NCBI GenBank assembly: GCA_964035545.1
Contig: OZ037765.1
Coordinates: 11,170,698-11,234,697, forward strand
DNA: 64,000 bases
Direction of reading: 5' to 3'
Source: Bugula neritina
Taxonomy: Eukaryota > Animalia > Bryozoa
Shown here: piece after piece, positions 59,391 through 64,000 of the stretch
Layout of the letters: every line of letters begins with the position of its first letter
Numbering within the stretch: the stretch's first letter is position 1
Notes under the pieces: model-generated
The model's input: the letters and a program-made list of their open reading frames with translations, nothing else
Databases searched by the model: none
What the model was told of the DNA's origin: nothing
Program-made: the position numbers and the translations under genes

Positions 59391-60454
59391 ACGTAGAAGA
59401 CTTCAACTGCGTTCACACTTTCCATTATTGTTTCGGTGCGGACTCATACAGATTCGCCCAGTAATCTTGAATTAAAACTTCGTCTAAGAAATATTTCAGA
59501 ATTCAGCAAAGACACTGTATTAATGACAAAAGATAATGAATGGTAGTGGGCAACAAAAGCCCATTCAATAATGTTAGGTAAATGCGAACATTACCTTTAT
59601 AGGTGATATTTACTTTTTTGAAATGTTGATATCCGATCCTTTTTATTTAAGTAATAAATGGTAGAATATGATGATAGGTACAATGACTGTAATCATTCTG
59701 ACATTTAATTATCATTATTATTATGGAAGAAAATATGTTCACCATGTTCGACAGTAACAGTCAAGCAAAACCATGGCTATAACACAAACCATCTCATTAA
59801 GTTACTATCTTATAGTAATGTTATACATACATTACGTAGACAGCTAACTGTTAGTTCTCCTCAGCAAAGGCCTGGTGCCTCGACTAGCTGCAGTGCTATT
59901 GCGCCATAGGCCTAAACACATTTTTTTCTTATTCTTGTAAATTTTTCATTATGTTAATTAAATAAAAACAAACAAAACAAACATAGAAATACTGAAAGTT
60001 AAACAAGTAGTGTAGAAGTTATTATAGCGATTATAACTTGACCGTGTAGCCATTATGTGAGTTTGAAGACATAGTGTACCTTAATACTTTACATAAGCTG
60101 TTGAATTTACATCATGTGAGGGTAGGCGGCTTGTTTATCAACTGTATTTAGGGAGCAGAGTCATGTTACTCTTTCCCATACAAAGTTAATATGTGGGTAA
60201 ACATCGTTATCTAATCCTTAAGCACACACAAGCAATAATATACAGTCAATATTACGGTCCAGCAAGCAGCCTGCCTGTCCCCATCACAGGTAATTTATAA
60301 GATTATAAACAAGAAGAGTGCAATTCACACTACATAAAACCTGTATTACACCAGTCCTCCCTTATTACACATAGCAAATAAGTGCAGTTGATTTCACCAG
60401 AGCGTAAAAGGCTATAGTCATAGCATGTTCTGCTAGAATGGTACTATTATACAC

Positions 60455-62274
60455 CTAGAGTCTAGAAGTCATGCCACCGGCCATGACTATTGTTTCTCCA
60501 GTTATATAAGATGCATCATCTGAAACTAGGAAAGATACTGTTCCAGAACAATCCTTTGGTGTGCCATATCTATAATAAAATATGGTATCTATATCCCACA
60601 TAATTTAACTGAGCTAATAACACTGTATTCAATTTTCTAAAAGTCACAAAGTTTAAAGTATCTAAACAAGCTGAAGGCTTTGAATAGGTAAGGAGAGGTT
60701 ATGGCAGGACAAGATGACTAGTCTTGAAAAACGTTTGTTTCAATTCCATAAAAAGTGCCAATCCAAAACCCATGTCAAGGTTAATGGCTCACAAAGTCCT
60801 TGAAATATTGTCAACTATAAGGTCTCCACACTTTTCACTTGGTTCAATACACAAGTGATAAGTTATAATAGGCGGATAAGTGTGACAACTAAACCACTGA
60901 GGTAGAATGGTTTTACCTTTTCATCGGTATACCTAGCAATTCAGGATCTTCTTGAGTCAACTAAAACACAAACAAGGAACATCCTATTATTTCGGTGTTA
61001 CTGAAAGGATGACTTTCTTGATCAGTCAAGCCAGTGCTTATAGAACACTCCATCAAAATAGCTGTAGCTTGTTTCACACTGATAATGGGAGAGTTCAGAT
61101 GGGGCTTATACAAGGTCATGAGGCGGTTTTCTCACCTTTCCTGTGATGTGCACATAAAAGTTGATGCTATCTATTTCTCCGAGCACAAAGTCTAATGTTG
61201 ATTACCAGTTTTCGAGATTGTGATTTTAATTTTGCTGCATCAATATTATGGGAACCAGGTAACTGGGTAACAAACATAACTTTGTGAAATTAACCAGACA
61301 ATTAATATTCTAGCTAAAGTTCTGGCAAATATGCAGTTTTTCATTAGGATCAGTTTTAGTACACATTTTCTTCGAAAGAAAATCCTGTTTTTAGCAGACT
61401 AATTGGTTAATATAAACAAATATATTTTCATAGTGAATTAAATTGAAAATTCTTAATAATGAGCATCTTAGAAAAAAAACAGCTAACAACAAACTGTTCG
61501 ACTATAATTATTGGATATAACCTTTGAAAGAATTTAAATTAGAAAAATCAAAAAATCCCATTGAAAAATTTGGACTATAAAATTGAAGCAAAGTGAGAAT
61601 TTTAATATTTTCAGAGAACTTTTGTAAAAAAACCCAGTCAGGATAAGAACTATTAAGGATTTGCAGACATTAAGGTCCTTAGTAAAGTGGAGACAAAAGG
61701 AATTATGACACATGCAATACAAATTAGTCCCTTTACATGTAGCATATGCAGTTGAGCCCTCTCAATAATGTATTATCTAAGTAACAAAGTAAACAAAGAT
61801 AATAATAACATGACATAATGTAGCCAACACCTGGAGTATACTGCTGTACATTATAACGCTCTCCTGCACTGATAACATTCACTCTGATAACTAACTACTT
61901 AGGTAATTCTAAAATCAGTGAAGGAAAATTGTTTTGTTGCCTGCAATGAAAGGCTGTTTTATTTATAGTGAAAGTTGAATTAGCTTGATTCTACACCTCC
62001 AGCAATTCTATTTTGCTAGTCATAAGATATTCTAATAAGTTCAAAGGACAGCTATGGAAAAATTTTGATGGGACAAATCAATTTAAGGTTTACAGATATA
62101 AGATGATCAGTTTAAAGATCACTGCCATAAAAGGCAATTAATTTGGGCTATTTCTGTATATACCAGCTTCCTATTGTGTAATGAGCTGAAAATTTGTGTG
62201 TGTGTTGTGTGTGTTGTGTGTGTGTTGTGTGTGTGTTGTGTGTGTGTGTGTGTGGTGTGTGTGTGGTGTGTGTG

Positions 62275-62326
<52 letters not shown>

Positions 62327-62931
62327 TGTGGTGCTTGTGTGTGTGTTGTGTGTGTGGTGTGTGTTGTGTGTGTGGGGTATGCGTTTCGTACCAGCTCCTA
62401 TTTACACCAATAGCACTTGTCTCAACTCTAGCTGTACCAGCATATCATGAGCATTATTTGAAAATCAGCTCTCTAGTTTTGTTTGTATAGAAAAACAAGA
62501 AAATAAAACTGCTACCTGCACATTATTCAGCAGTAGTAAAACCAGTAAAGTCACAGTTCAAAGAAACATACCGTCAAGTTCAAATCATTGGAAAGCATAA
62601 AAGAATACATTTCAGTATTGACAAAACACTTTAAATACAGCTTAATGAGTTAACCCCTGAAAAAATTGCTGAGGTTAATTAAATACTAAGCTTAGTTTCA
62701 AATTTACTTGGTCAACTATAATATTTCGTGAAAATATGAAGAGTATGTATTATATAGAAATAAAAAATAGTGAGTCAAATTACGAGTACTACCTACCATT
62801 GCAGCAAACTTGGTTTTTATAACACCAGGAGCAATAGCATTTACTCTGATATTTTCAGGTGCCAGTGCATTAGACATTGCTCTGGTTAACCCCAGCAATG
62901 CTGTCTTCGTTACTGAATATGATCCAATGAC
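60455..62931 (-). CDS. DHRS4: Dehydrogenase/reductase SDR family member 4, last three coding exons; gene begins beyond position 64000
   Basis: Exons 62797-62931, 60917-60960, 60455-60569. Catalytic YSVTK, NIRVNAIAPGVIKTKF, VSFLVSDDASYITGETIV and C-terminal SRL peroxisomal targeting signal. Confidence 0.9.
62195..62373. repeat. Interrupted (TG)n microsatellite in a DHRS4 intron
   Basis: TG run with T and G insertions; explains the Cys/Val ORFs. Confidence 0.95.
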
Positions 62932-64000
62932 CTACAACGCCAATGAAGATTACTGAAAAATGACCCATCAAATTTCAAAGAATATAAAAGAAATTATGTA
63001 AAGCAGCCAATTATTTGCAATGCAAATAAAGTGCAAACTGTATGTTATCTGAAATAAAATGCAGTTGGTATATAATAGCCTTAATATAACCTGATTATAA
63101 GTTAAAAAATTTTCACACAAGGTAGCTGGAGAGCTAATTATTCGCAAAACAATGGTTGGGATAAATAGATACAACAGATGTCATTTAAATATTTTATGAA
63201 GCAATAGCCTAAAGTAATCTTTCATCAGTAACAAGTTTTCCGATTGAGTTTCAATTTACTTCATTAAAGTTTTTTGGGAAATTTTTTTTCTGGTTGGCAT
63301 AAAAAAGTTTTTAATTTAATAGGACTTTCAAAGTGGGAATTGTCTTTCTTTTGACATACAAAATTGTTATGCTTGGCACAGATGGTGCCTGTTTTTCACA
63401 ATATCCTTGCAAGTTTCTAGACACGCTGCACAACAAAACACACTCAAATCAATAGGCAATCAATCATATTGGTAGTGTTGGTAAATTTATTTTCAAGACA
63501 AAGCTGACTTCGCAGTGCAATAAGTGACTCTTGAAAATAGATGCTGAAAGCAAAACTAAATTTTCAAATCACAAATTTTAGTTTTACTGAAAAATTTACC
63601 TTTGACTCCTTAGAGCTTCAAAATTTTAGAAATTATAACAATGTTGCAATATAAATTATAATAATTTAGCCAACATGACATCCAAAAAAGTATAATTTGG
63701 TATATTTAACCATTTCAAAAAGTTTTAAAATTTCAGTATAAAAAGGATAGAATCTATTCTGATTTATTTTCTTTTAAAATGATGAAAAGACAAATGTCAA
63801 GGTAAAGGTTCAAGAACATTCAGCTGAAATCATAAAGTTTCACCTCCCCCCCTCTCGAACCTGTGCATAAAGATGAAAAGCTCTCCACCACAAATGTGAC
63901 CTGAGCTAAGAATTATACAAAGTATTTTTTGCAACTTTTATATGACTAGAAAGTGAATATGAAGTAAATTAACATCAGAACAATTCAGAGAATTCTTTTT

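Noticed and set aside
62174-62490. Cys/Val-rich ORFs resembling metallothionein or keratin-associated proteins
   Set aside because: All three frames are open only because of the (TG)n microsatellite.

Overview
AT-rich (roughly one third GC), intron-rich animal genomic DNA, most likely from an invertebrate; the organism cannot be fixed from sequence alone. I assembled nine spliced or single-exon protein-coding genes by hand from GT-AG boundaries and reading-frame continuity: CLUAP1/IFT38 (5' part, minus), a tincar-like multi-pass membrane protein (minus), CCDC149 (minus), a p24alpha TMED9/TMED4/eclair-type cargo receptor (plus), BTBD1/2 (plus), MCM9 (plus), GATD1 (minus), a PRR15/PRR15L-like small protein (minus) and DHRS4 (3' part, minus). 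Gene identities come from recalled motifs of known homologs, not from a database search. Mobile DNA: a 3.58-kb non-autonomous element with 611-bp inverted arms, a decayed pogo/Tigger-type transposon with TA duplication, a hAT-type MITE and several copies of one tRNA-derived SINE family with target-site duplications. Most notable observations: (1) a tandemly duplicated, apparently mutually exclusive pair of exon-2 variants in the GOLD domain of the p24alpha gene, separated by only 59 nt; (2) a shared cryptic 3/6-bp periodic repeat vocabulary that sits just downstream of the 5' end of almost every gene in the window; (3) a perfect 193-bp palindrome embedded in (TA)n; (4) an octamer-CCAAT-CCAAT-TATA cassette inside the inverted arms of the large element, pointing outward.
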